NCBI RefSeq assembly: GCF_030144855.1
Contig: NC_082710.1
Coordinates: 174,778,001 to 174,842,000 of the forward strand
Length of the DNA: 64,000 nucleotides
DNA from: Hypanus sabinus
Taxonomy: Eukaryota
Reading direction: 5' to 3'
Each line of letters starts with the position of its first letter. Within the stretch, counting starts at the first letter, position 1. Below, one piece after another: positions 48,600 through 59,900 of this stretch. The translations under genes were made by a program, and so were the position numbers. The notes under the pieces are model-generated. The model made no database searches. It was not told the origin of the DNA and saw only the letters and a list, made by a program, of their open reading frames with translations.

Positions 48600-51500
48600 A
48601 AGAGAAAATCTGCGAATGCTGGAAATCCAAGCAACACACACAAAACGCTGGAGGAACTCAGCAGGCCAGGCAGCATCTATGGGAAAGAATACAGTTGACA
48701 TTTCAGGCCGAGACCCTACATCAAGACTGGAGAAAAAAGGATGAGAAGTCAAAGAGAGTGGTGTAGAGAAGGAAAAAATACTAAGTAGTAGGTGATAAGT
48801 GAGAGGGGAGGGGTGAAGTGAAGTAAAGAGCTGGGAACTTTTCAGTGGAAGAGATACAGGGCCAGAGAAGGGGGTGTCTGATAGGAGAGGACAGAGGCCA
48901 TGGAAGAATAGGAAGGGAGGGAGGTGATGGGCATAAGGGGCCGTTGGGAACAGACCCAAATGCAAGACACTGACACGGAAGTACTAAGGACAGGACTAGG
49001 TTTATCAAGAAAGCGAGGGAAGAAACGACGCTGGACGTTGACACACAAGCCCTGGATGATTCTAGGATTCAGGGCCAGGGCTAAGACTAAGACTAGGAAA
49101 GCGGGACCAGGACAAGGAACTTGGAACTAGGTGCCTGGGCTAGGACTCCGAGCCAGAGACCGGATAGGGACCCAGAACCTGGGTCTTGACCCGGGCTCTG
49201 ACCCCGTATCTAGGTGAGGACAAGATGGGGCTACAGGACTGGACATGGAACTGCTTCACAAGACGAGGCACATGGACAGGATGAGAACACAAAGCCGTGA
49301 CTTGGGCAGGACAAGGAATCTCCAGCACCAGGCTGGGCGAGGTACTCTGGGTGGGTGAGTCACATGGACTGGGAGGACACAAAGCTTGGACAGGGAACAC
49401 AGTACTCCAGAACAGAGCCTGGACAAGGACCCGGAACCTGGGTTTTGGCTGGAACTAGGAACCCAGGTCTAGGCTAGGACAAGATGTGGCTACAGGTCAT
49501 GGTGTGGCTACAGGACAGGACGAGAACACGAAGCCTTGACTAGGTCTTGGGAGACGGGAAACAAAGCCTTGGCTTGGACAGGACACAGGACTCCTGGAAT
49601 AGGCAAGGCTTCAGGTATAGGCTGCAGAAGGAAGGGAAGGGAACTGTCCAGCAGCTGAATCCTGAAGCTATTTATGGAGCCAGCCCAAAATGAGAATCAG
49701 GTTACTCAATTAAGGCACCCAGTGGAACCAGGGAAAACAGGAAAACCCGGAATAAGGATTGATGGACTGGATCGTGAAGCGGAATGCGGATTTCACAGTC
49801 AGGGCCATGGCACAGGTAAAGAGGTAAGTTCGGAGAGGGAAAAGGGGATGGGGAATGGTGAGGGTGTGGCCATTACCGGAAGTTCGATAAATCGATGTTC
49901 ATGCCATCAGGTTGGAGGCTGCCCAGATGGAGTGCAAGGTGTTGCTCCTCCAAGCAGAGTGTGGCCTCCTCGAGGCGAGGCCATGAGATGAGATGGGAAT
50001 GGGAAGTGGAATGGGAATGGGAATGGGTGGCCACTGGGAGATCCCACTTGTTCTGGTGGACAGAGTGTGGATGCTCGGTGAAGTGATCTCACCAGTATGA
50101 AGGAGGCCGCACCGGGAGCATAGGATACAAAAAGTGGACGGGTGGTGAGTAAAGATGAGCTTGGCAGTGGGATCCTATTAGAAATGGGGGAAGTTACAGA
50201 GAATTACATGCGGAGGCTGGTGAGGTGGTAGGTGAGGACAAGAGGAACCCTATCACTAGTGGCCTGATGATAGATTGAGGGCAGACATGAAGTTTTTCTC
50301 TCCAGGAGAGGAGATGTTGCCCGCTTCCTCAAAAGATGTGCTTCCTTTCCTCTATCATCAACATTGCCCTCGACCACATTGCTTCCATTTCACTCACGTC
50401 TGCCCTCATCCCATCCTCCTACCACCCCACCAAGGACATGGTTCCTATTGTCCTCACCTACCACCCCCACCCCGCCTCTGCATCCAGCACATAACTCTCC
50501 TTAACCTCTGCCAACTCCAACAAGATCCCACCACCGAGCTCATCTCTCCTCACCCTCCAAATTTGTTGCCACATGCAGCGGGGAAAGCCAGGCCGTTGGG
50601 TGTACTTAACGCAGAGATTGATAGGTTCTTGATTGGACACGCACGGCATCAAAACTTGTCCTGGGAGAAGGCCGGGAACTGGGGTTGAGGAGGAGAAGGA
50701 AAAGGGATCGGGAAAAAAATGATGGAGTGGACCTAATGGGCCAGACGGCCTAATTCTGCTCCGCTGTCTTATGGTGTATGGTCTCTCCCCACCGATCTCC
50801 CTCCTGGCACTTATCCTTGCAAGTGGAACAAGTGCTACACCTGCCTCTACACCCTTCTCTGTCACAACCATTCAGGGCCCCAAACAGTCCTTCCAGGTGA
50901 GGTGACACTCCACCTGTGAGTCTGTTGGGGTCGTATACTGTGTCCCGTGCTCCCAGTGTGGCCTCCTGTATATCGGTGTGTCCTAATGTAGATTGGGAGA
51001 CTGCTTGGCCAAGCACCTATAGTTTGGCAGAAAAAGCGGGATCTCCCATTGGTCACCCATTTTAATTCCTCTCCCCATTCCAACAGGTCAATTCCAACAT
51101 GGCCTCCCCTACTGCCACAATGAGGCTACACTCAGGTTGGAGGAATAACACCTTATGTTCTGTCTGGGTAGATTCCAACCAGATGACATGTCATTGATTT
51201 CTCAAACTTCCAGTAATGCCCCCTCCCCTCCTTCACCATTCCCCATTCTCATTTCCCTCTCTCACCTTATCTCCTCATCTGCCCATCGCCTCCCTCGGTG
51301 TTCCTCCCCTTCCCTTTCTTCCACGGCCTTCTGTCCTCTCCTATCAGACTCCCCTTTCTCTTTCTCCGACCATCTTCCCAGCTCTTTAATCCACCCTTCC
51401 CCCTCCCACTTTCACCGATCACCTACCACCTTGTATTTCTTCCTCCCCTCCCCCACCTTCTTTCTCTAACTTCTCATCTATTTTCCCTCCAGTCCTGATG

Positions 51501-51600
51501 AAGGGTCTAGAGCTGAAATGTTGACTGTTCACTCTTTTCCATAGGTGCTGCCTGGCCTGCTGAGTTCCTGCAGCGTTCTGTGTGTATTGCTTAGCCATTC
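48600..51600. mobile_element. Nested Penelope-like fragments in both orientations, with inserts at ~48935-49811 (LTR-like) and ~50570-50780 (CR1 3' end)
   Basis: Homology to 36700-37500 and 20690-21670; hammerhead-like tails at 48692-48729 (minus) and 51490-51527 (plus). Confidence 0.7.
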
Positions 51601-52915
51601 CCACTGTCCACTACACCCCCAATCTTAGTGTCATCCACACATTTGCTGATCCAGTTACCCACAATATCATCCAGTTCATTGATTATAGATAACAAGCAAC
51701 AATGGACCCAGCACACCACTAGTCACAGGCCTCTAGTCAGAGGGGCAACCCTCCACAACCACTCTCTGGCTTCTACCACAAAGCCAATGTCAAATGCAAT
51801 TTACTACCTCACCCTGAATACCGAGCGATTGAACCTTCCTGACCAGCCTCCTGAGCAGAATCTTGTCAAGTGCCTTATTAAAGTCTATGTAGACAACATC
51901 AGCTGCCTTGCCTTCATCCACCTCCCTGGCAACTTTCTCAAAAAACTCTATAAGATTGGTGAGGAATAACCTAACACACAAAAATCAATGTTGACTATCC
52001 TTAATCAGTCCATGCCTATCCACTTATATACTCGTTCCCTTAGAATACCTCCCAATAACTTTCCCACAGCTGATGTCAAACTCGCCGGCTGATAGTTTCC
52101 TGGTTTCTGTTCAGAGCCTTTTTTAAAACAGTAGAACAACACTGGCTGTCCTCCCTCTCCTGTCACTAAGGACGTTTTAAGTATCTCTGCTAGGGCCCCA
52201 GCAACTTTTTTCACTTGCCTCCTGTAGGGTATGAGGGAACACCTCATCAGGCCATGGGCATTTATCCATCCTGATTTGCCTCAGGGTATCAAACACTTCC
52301 TTCTCTGTAACCTGTACAGGGTCCATGAAGTTAATGCCACTCTGTAGACTCTGTATCTGGCTCCCGACTTAATATACAGATGCGAAGAATTCATTTAACA
52401 TTCTTTGGCTCCACACATGGATTACCATTCTGGTCTTCCAGCAGACCAATTTTGTCCCTTGCAATCCTTTAGCTCTGAACATATCGTAGATTCCCTAAGG
52501 ATTCCCCTTCACCTTGTCTGCTTTGGCAACTTTGTGGCTCCTTTTCACCTTCTTGAGTTATTTATGGAATACTCACCTGCATTCCTTGTGCTCCAGAGGC
52601 ACCTCATTTGTTCCTACTTGCCTACACCTTTTCTTCTCCTACCCCAGGGCATCAATATCCATTGAAAACAAAAGTTCCTAAACTTGTTATCTTTACCTTT
52701 TATTCTGACAGGCACATAGAAGCTTTGTACTCTCAGAATTTTGTCTTTGAAAGCCACCCACCCTTTCCAGAAAGCCTGTCCCATCCACAGTTGCCAGATC
52801 ATTTCTGATTCCATCAAAATTGGCCTTTCTCCGACTGAGAATCTGAGACCGCGGACCAGACCTATCTCTTTGCACATTTACTTTACAACTAATGGCATTG
52901 TCGTCACTGGATGCA
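51600..52915 (-). mobile_element. CR1-type LINE RT fragment (old)
   Basis: LTNLIEFFEKVAREVDEGKAADVVYIDFNKALDKI; FKKGSEQKPGNYQPASLTSAVGKLL. Confidence 0.85.
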
Positions 52916-53634
52916 AAGTGCTCCCTTTTGATGCACCTGTGACAAAGAAAGCTAATCTTTATTTTAAATATCACTCCCCAGGTCTGTCTGCCCTGCTCTA
53001 GTACAACTGAGATAATTCTCGGCACCGATTGCGCCTCCGTTTGCGAAAGCGCACGGAGCGTAGAACAGTACGTACTTTTTCTCTTTTGTTTGAACAGAGG
53101 AAGCCGAGGAGTGTATAAATTTTGAGACGGCAAGACGGAGATGTTAAAATATGGCATGCCCTGAACCTCCTCTGTAACTGTGACGCTTTATTCTGTCACG
53201 GTTTCCTTGTACCACCTCAATACTCAGATGCATCAGTACAGAACGCGGCAAAAGGGCGGTGGGGAATTTTTCAATGCACTTTCGATAAATAAATTTGTTT
53301 ACCTCCTAACAACCAATTATCCAACCTCATTAATATATTGTCCAGAATCCCATGTTCTCCAATCTTTGGTGTATGACCTAATTGAAAAAAAAATCTGTAA
53401 ATTCAACTTTGCGCCTGTCTGCCGGCTGAGTGTGTGGTCATCGGCTGATGCCGCTCAGCATCCCCACCTCCTGGCCGGCACCGGAACTACAACGAACTGC
53501 AAGGCCGGTTCTGCAGTCCGGGGGCAATGTCCAGATTGAAGACCAGATTCACATTCTGATTCATTCATTCATTCCTCACACATCAAAACATCCAGTGAGA
53601 TGTGTCATTACGCTAACAACCAGCACCGCCTGGG

Positions 53635-54040
53635 GGTCCTGGTCGCCTCATTATCAGAAGGATGCAGGAGCTTTATAGAGGGCACAGAGTAGATTTACCA
53701 TGGACTAGAGAGCAAGGTTGAGCGACCTTGATAGAGGTGTACAGTACGACAAGAAGCATAGGATGATATGTGGATAGCCGGAGAATTTTTCCCAAGGCAG
53801 AAATAACTACTCCCCGGGGAGATAATTTTAGGGTGATTGGGGGATTTGTTTGCACAGTGAGTGGTGAGTGCACCCCTGCTGGGGTGGGTGGTGGTGGACG
53901 CAGATACACTAAAGACATATAAGGGACTCTTAGATAGGCACATGGGGGAGTCTATGTAGGAAGGAAGGGTTAGGTTGATCTTGGAGTGGGTTAAGAGGTT
54001 GACACAACAATGCACTGTACTGGGCTGTAGAGTTCTTCAC
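53635..54040 (+). mobile_element. CR1-type LINE 3' fragment
   Basis: tcctggtcgcctcattatcagaaggatg...cagagtagatttacca...gaccttgatagaggtgtac. Confidence 0.65.
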
Positions 54041-55061
54041 TCCATGCGCTGGGGATAGTCTGCAACTGTAACCACCCAGTCTGCCCACTTTGTTTAACAG
54101 AATTCAAAAAGGTAATTCACTCCAGTCCCAGTGAGAACCCTCCTTCCATCTGGATCTATTGATCAGACTGTTCTCTGTTTTATACAACTGCCCTTTACAC
54201 AGCACCAGGTCCTCTGACCAAAGAAGGTACTGCATCAAAATAGAGAACTTTTTGGGAAAGAGCTGATTATTTACATTTTTCTCTCTCATCACCTTTTTCC
54301 CCCTTGCCCAAACCAGCTGAATCATCGGTTCACTCAGAACAGTTATGTACACTGGCTCTGTCTATATCATCGTCAACCCTTGCAGATTCCTTTTTTCCAT
54401 TTGCCGCTGAATCCCCCAAACTGATTTTTCATGGGTACCATCTTTGACCTGCATCATATCAATTGCAAGGATGTGGCAAGTGTGTGCCCGGCCAATTGAC
54501 TGTCGAGTCAATCAGTTGGGCCCCCTACACTCGCAAAGCTCTCTCTTTTTTACACAGGTTTTCAAGTACATATAGATTTGTCTTGGAGAGCCAGGTTCAT
54601 CGCTTCCATAACACGAATAGTGGATAACGTGACTCAGCCAAAACCGTTAATCCTTGTGATATGTTGTCATTTTTGTTCCGTGTACATGTCTCAACTTTCC
54701 TTCTTCAATTCAGCAGTTTGAGTACTTTGTTTTTCTAGAGCGAGGGGTACGGATAGAGAAGGACTCCCAGGTCAAGACAGATGAAGTCAAGTTAAAGACA
54801 AGTTTATGGTCATATTGATATGTACACATTAATACAGGTGTAATGAAAGACTTACTTGCAGCAACATCACAGGCACAGAGCATTAAAAACCCATCGTCAC
54901 TGATGATGAAATAAAATAACAAGGATGCACACACTCTTTTATTTGTGCATTAGAGAACAGCCCCTGTTACCCACACTGCTCCGAAGCCAGGACAGAACAC
55001 AGCTGGTTTTCTGCAAAATCGGCTTATACCAACCATTTATCTCTGCTTTTATGTTGAAAAT

Positions 55062-55225
55062 CAGGGGAGAGCGCGAACGCAGTCCCCCACTACCACAAAT
55101 TTTGCAGTCGAGTATCCCGCATTTGGGGACATCGCAGGCGTCAGCACACCCGAAGTGCAATGGGATAGCCTCGTCCTGGGAGAACCGCCTTCATGATCAC
55201 GGTCTCTCCCCTGCCAGGTAAGTAT
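55062..55225 (-). ncRNA. RNU1: U1 spliceosomal snRNA (copy c, 164 nt)
   Basis: Same sequence as copies a and b; 5' flank matches copy a. Confidence 0.98.
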
Positions 55226-56250
55226 GCTTTCCTCTCTCCGCCAGCCACATCCAGGCCTATGCCATACCCCTCAGAGATAAGGCAAACAAATATTTTAAAT
55301 ACCTACTTCCTACTTTTACACACCATCCCCCTAGAGTACCGTTACCACAAAGACTACAAATCTAGATTAGTTGATTAGCTGCTGTAGTTCACTGGTGACA
55401 ATTTCCAGACCCTTAATCTGCATCTTTTCCAAAAAAGGAAATCTGCGCCACGATTGGTTTTGCAGCGACTGCCCGTTACCGAACCCGACCGCACGGTGGC
55501 AGTGTTTTCATTGAGGAAATACAGGGAGCTGCCTGAGGCTCACAGGGTAAATGAACAGGCGACCCCTTCCCCTGCCCCGCACTGGAAAGGGTGAAGGGGT
55601 GATTAGTCAGCATGTTACAGGGGTGTCAGCTTTTCACTTATGAAGGGAGACTGAGCACAGAACAGCACACGAGCAGATCTTTTGGCCCAAAATGCCTGTT
55701 CAGCTAAATTAAATGAAACTCCTTCTGTCTGCGCACGGTCCGCATGTTCATATCCCGCATGTTCCAGTTTAAAACCCTCTTAAGCTGCACCGTATCCTCT
55801 TCCACCACCATACCTGCAAACCTGTTCCGGCAGCAAACATCAACGTGTGTGTAAAAAAAATCTCCTTTAAGCTAACCCCCATCATAAAAGTGGATGTATT
55901 TGAATTTTCTCTTCTGCAGAAAAGATTCCAAAAACCTCTTCTATAAGTGTTTCTCAGCAGTTTTCAAGTTTTGCCTCCATTCTTGACACTCGAGAGAAAT
56001 CCAGAGGGTTAGATAAGTTTTCTTAGTGGAGGAGAAGGGTGAGCGTAAATGGGAGAGAGAGGCCACGGGTGGGCTGAAAACAAGAACTTTTACCCCATGG
56101 CCGGGCAAGCTCAAACCAGGGGGCCTGAGGACTGGACACCATCTATTCCAGCAGACTCAGGAGGAAAGTAATCAGGAGACACCACTCACCCCGGCCACTC
56201 CCTGTTTGACCTGCTGCCGTCCAGCAAAAGGTTCAGGACTCCAGAAACCA

Positions 56251-56930
56251 GAACAAATAGACGGAGGAACATCTTCTACCCCAGAGATGTGAACAAATAG
56301 ACAGAGGAACAGCTTCTACCCCAGAGATGTGAACAAATAGACAGAGGAACAGCTTCTACCCCAGAGATGTGAACAAATAGACAGAGGAACAGCTTCTACC
56401 CCAGAGATGTGAACAAATAGACAGAGGAACAGCTTCTACCCCAGAGATGTGAACAAATAGACAGAGGAACAGCTTCTACTCCAGAGATGTGAACAAATAG
56501 ACAGAGGAACAGCTTCTACCCCAGAGATGTGAACAAATAGACAGAGGAACAGCTTCTACCCCAGAGATGTGAACAAATAGACAGAGGAACAGCTTCTACC
56601 CCAGAGATGTGAACAAATAGACTGGGGAACAGCTTCTACCCCAGAGATGTGAACAAATAGACGGAGGAACAGCTTCTACCCCAGAGATGTGAACAAATAG
56701 ACTGGGGAACAGCTTCTACCCCAGAGATGTGAACAAATAGACGGAGGAACAGCTTCTACCCCAGAGATGTGAACAAATAGACGGAGGAACAGCTTCTACC
56801 CCAGAGATGTGAACAAATAGACTGGGGAACAGCTTCTACCCCAGAGATGTGAACAAATAGACTGGGGAACAGCTTCTACCCCAGAGATGTGAACAAATAG
56901 ACTGGGGAATAGCTTCTACCCCAGAGATGT
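56251..56930 (-). repeat. 40-bp minisatellite, 17 units
   Basis: Reverse complement of the unit at 33781-34260. Confidence 0.97.
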
Positions 56931-59900
56931 GGCTTCTATCACACCACTCCCACAGAACAATGACTGAAACAGTGAGCACACACAAGGATTCAAATACTTG
57001 CACTAACGGCACTTTGTGCATTACTGTTACATTCTGGTGCAGCTGGAACTTATTTTCTGCTACTTATCTATTTAATTCTGTTTTTCTAATACTGTCTTGT
57101 TTTTATCTACCGTTTTATTTAATTACCTGAGAGGAAACCAAACAGAGTTTCATTGTATCTATGTATAATGACAATAAAGATCATTCATTCATTCATTGAG
57201 GTGCAAGGGTTAGCGAGGAAGAACTTCATCTGTGGTTGTAATCTGGAACCTACTGACGGGGGGGAGTGGGGTAACAGGGACTGTCACAACATTTAACATT
57301 TAATGTGGGGGACCATTTCATCAAACACCTCCAGTCCATCCGCCAAAAATGGAGCCTCCCACTGGCCACACAGTATAGTTCTGATTCCCATTAATGCTCG
57401 ACTGGTCAGTCCATGACCTCCTCATGTGATATGATGAGGCCTCCCTCAGAATGGAGGAGAAAAACCTTAGGGTTTCCAATCAGGGTATCCCCCCCCACAC
57501 CCCCCCCCCAGCTCTTCCTTTCCCTACCCTGGCCCTTTACACTTCCCAGCTGCCTGTAACTTCCCCAGGTCCACTCCTCCTTCCTTTTCTGCTACAGTGC
57601 AATCCCCTCACCTGTCAGATTCCTCCCTCTCCAGCCCTTTACCCATGTTAAGTACCTGGCTTCACCGGCTGGCTATCCTCCTTTCCTTCTCCCCACTTTT
57701 CTTTATTCTGGCCTTTTCCTCTTTCTTTCTCAGGTCTGAAGAAGGGTCTCGGCCCTCGGCCTGACCGTTTGCATATATGCTGCCTGACCCGCCGAGGTCC
57801 TCCAGCATTTTGTGTCTGTGTGTGTTGCTTCGGATTTCCAACACATGCAGAATTTCTTGTGTTGATGACTGAAGAAGCGTCTCTTGTCAGTTTTCACCCT
57901 CGGCATCTTAACCGGAAGACTGCAATCATGAGGGAGATCAGTGGGGAGGGACGAATGGACAAGTGAGTTACGTAGGGAGTGATCCCTGCGAGGAGAGAAA
58001 GTGGGAGGGAAAGGTGTGCTTGGTGGTGGGATCCCGTTGCAGATGGCAGAAGTTAAGGAGAATTATGTGCTGGATGTAGAGGCTGGTGGGGTGGTAGGTG
58101 AGGACAAGAGAAACTCTGTCTCTGTTAAGCGGCAGGAGAATAGGGTGACAGCAGATGTGCGTGAAATGGAAAAGAGGCGGGTGAGGGTAGAGTTGGTGGT
58201 GGAGGAAGGGAATCCCCTTCTCTGAAGAAGGAGGACATCTCCTTTGTTTTGGAATGGAAAGCCTCATCCTTAGAGCAGATGCAGCGGAGATGGAGGAATT
58301 GAGAGAGAGGGGATGGCCTTTTTACAAGTCACAGGGTGGGAAGAGGTATAGTCCAGGTTGCTGTGAGACTCAGTGGGTTTACAAACAATTTCAGTAGATG
58401 AGCTGAGCTGAGTCCAGAGATGGAGACAGAAAGATCAAGAAAGGGGAGGAAAGTGTCAGAAATAGACCAGGATGTAGACAGGAAGGGTCTGAAGCAGGTG
58501 GGATAAATCTGAGGCATGGTATGAAAATATAAGTTTGGTGAGGCAGGAAGAAGCAGGTTTTTGTTCCTTGGGTAGGAGGTAGAAAGGGGAGATGTGGGGT
58601 GAAGGAACTATGAGGTTGGTGGCAATCCCTAGAGTTAATAAGATTACTGATGTTGTGAAAGACAGTAGCCTGGTGCTCCTTAGCAGGGTCCTGTTCGAGG
58701 GGTATGTAAGAGGAGGTGTCTGAGAATTGTCGCCTTTCCTTAACAAGGTAGAGGTCAGTCCGCCAGACTACTACAGCACCCCCACCCTCATCTGCGGGTT
58801 AGATGGCGAGGTTAGGATTAGTACGGTGAGAGTGGAGAGCTGTGCGTTGGGCAGGAGTGAGATTAAGATTGGAGAGTGGAGTCGAGACGGTTGATGTCTC
58901 GTCAGCTGTCAGCAATGAAAAGATCCAGAGCTGGCAGGAGACTAGACTGGGACGTCCAGGAAGAGGATGAGGGTTGAAGACGGGAGATGGGGTCATCGGT
59001 GCGGGGTGGGGAGTCCTTGCCAAAGAAGCAGGCACGGAGACGGATGCGGTGGAAGAAGGGTTCTGCGTCAGGTTGGGCGAGGAACTCACTGAGGTGTGCG
59101 CTCAGGGTTACAAAGGAGAGGCCCTTACTGACCTCAGAAGGTTCTTCCTGAGAGAGGGGAAAGTCAGAGGGAATTGTGGAGACCCGGCACGGATGAGGGC
59201 TGGGATCAGCGGGGGCAAGGGGATTGACAGTGTCTGAGGAGAGGGAAGGTGTGGTGAGATGAAGATGGGGTCTCTCAGGATGGCGGTAGGATCTGAGGGA
59301 CACAGGACTGCAGTGCGGTGGTGGGCGAAGGGGAGACTGGGACAGTGGGTAAAGTCCCGGCCTGGAGGTGCTGTCGATCAGTGTCCAGGCTGGAGTTGGG
59401 GTTGGGGGTTGCACAATCGGCACTTTGAAGGTGTCCAAGGTCCTTGGAACCCACACTGACCACGGTGGAGCCCGGGTTCTGTATCTACTCGGGATCGTCA
59501 GAACTGTTGAGGTTGGCAGCAGGGATCGCAGTCTGGAGACATCAGGGCCTGCCGGCATCGGAGACGGCATGTTTCTGTAGTCTGAAGCCGGGTGATCTTC
59601 CTTCCAATCTTTACAGGGCATGATAAAGGAGAGGAACCGACGATTGAAAGTCAGAGAACGTGTAGAGCAGAGCCATTGCAGGTAGGGAGAGAGAATGCCA
59701 GAGGGTCTCCTATCACCCCACCAGCCCGTGTACATAATTCTCCGTAACATCCGCCATCTGCAACAGGATCTCACTTCTAAGCTCATCTTTGCCACCCCTC
59801 CCCTCACTTTCTGCTTTCTGCAGGGATCACTCCCTACCAACTCCTTGCCCATTCCTCCCTCCCCACTGCTCTCCTTCCGAACAGTTATTCTTGCAAGCTG

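Noticed and set aside
53425-53455. Resemblance (ctgagtgtgt...gctgatgcc) to SNORD48, which neighbours HSPA1B in human
   Set aside because: No box C, terminal box D or guide sequence found; recalled similarity is too short
54100-54760. Unique-looking segment as a coding exon
   Set aside because: The frame I translated and the short listed ORFs show stops and no recognisable motif
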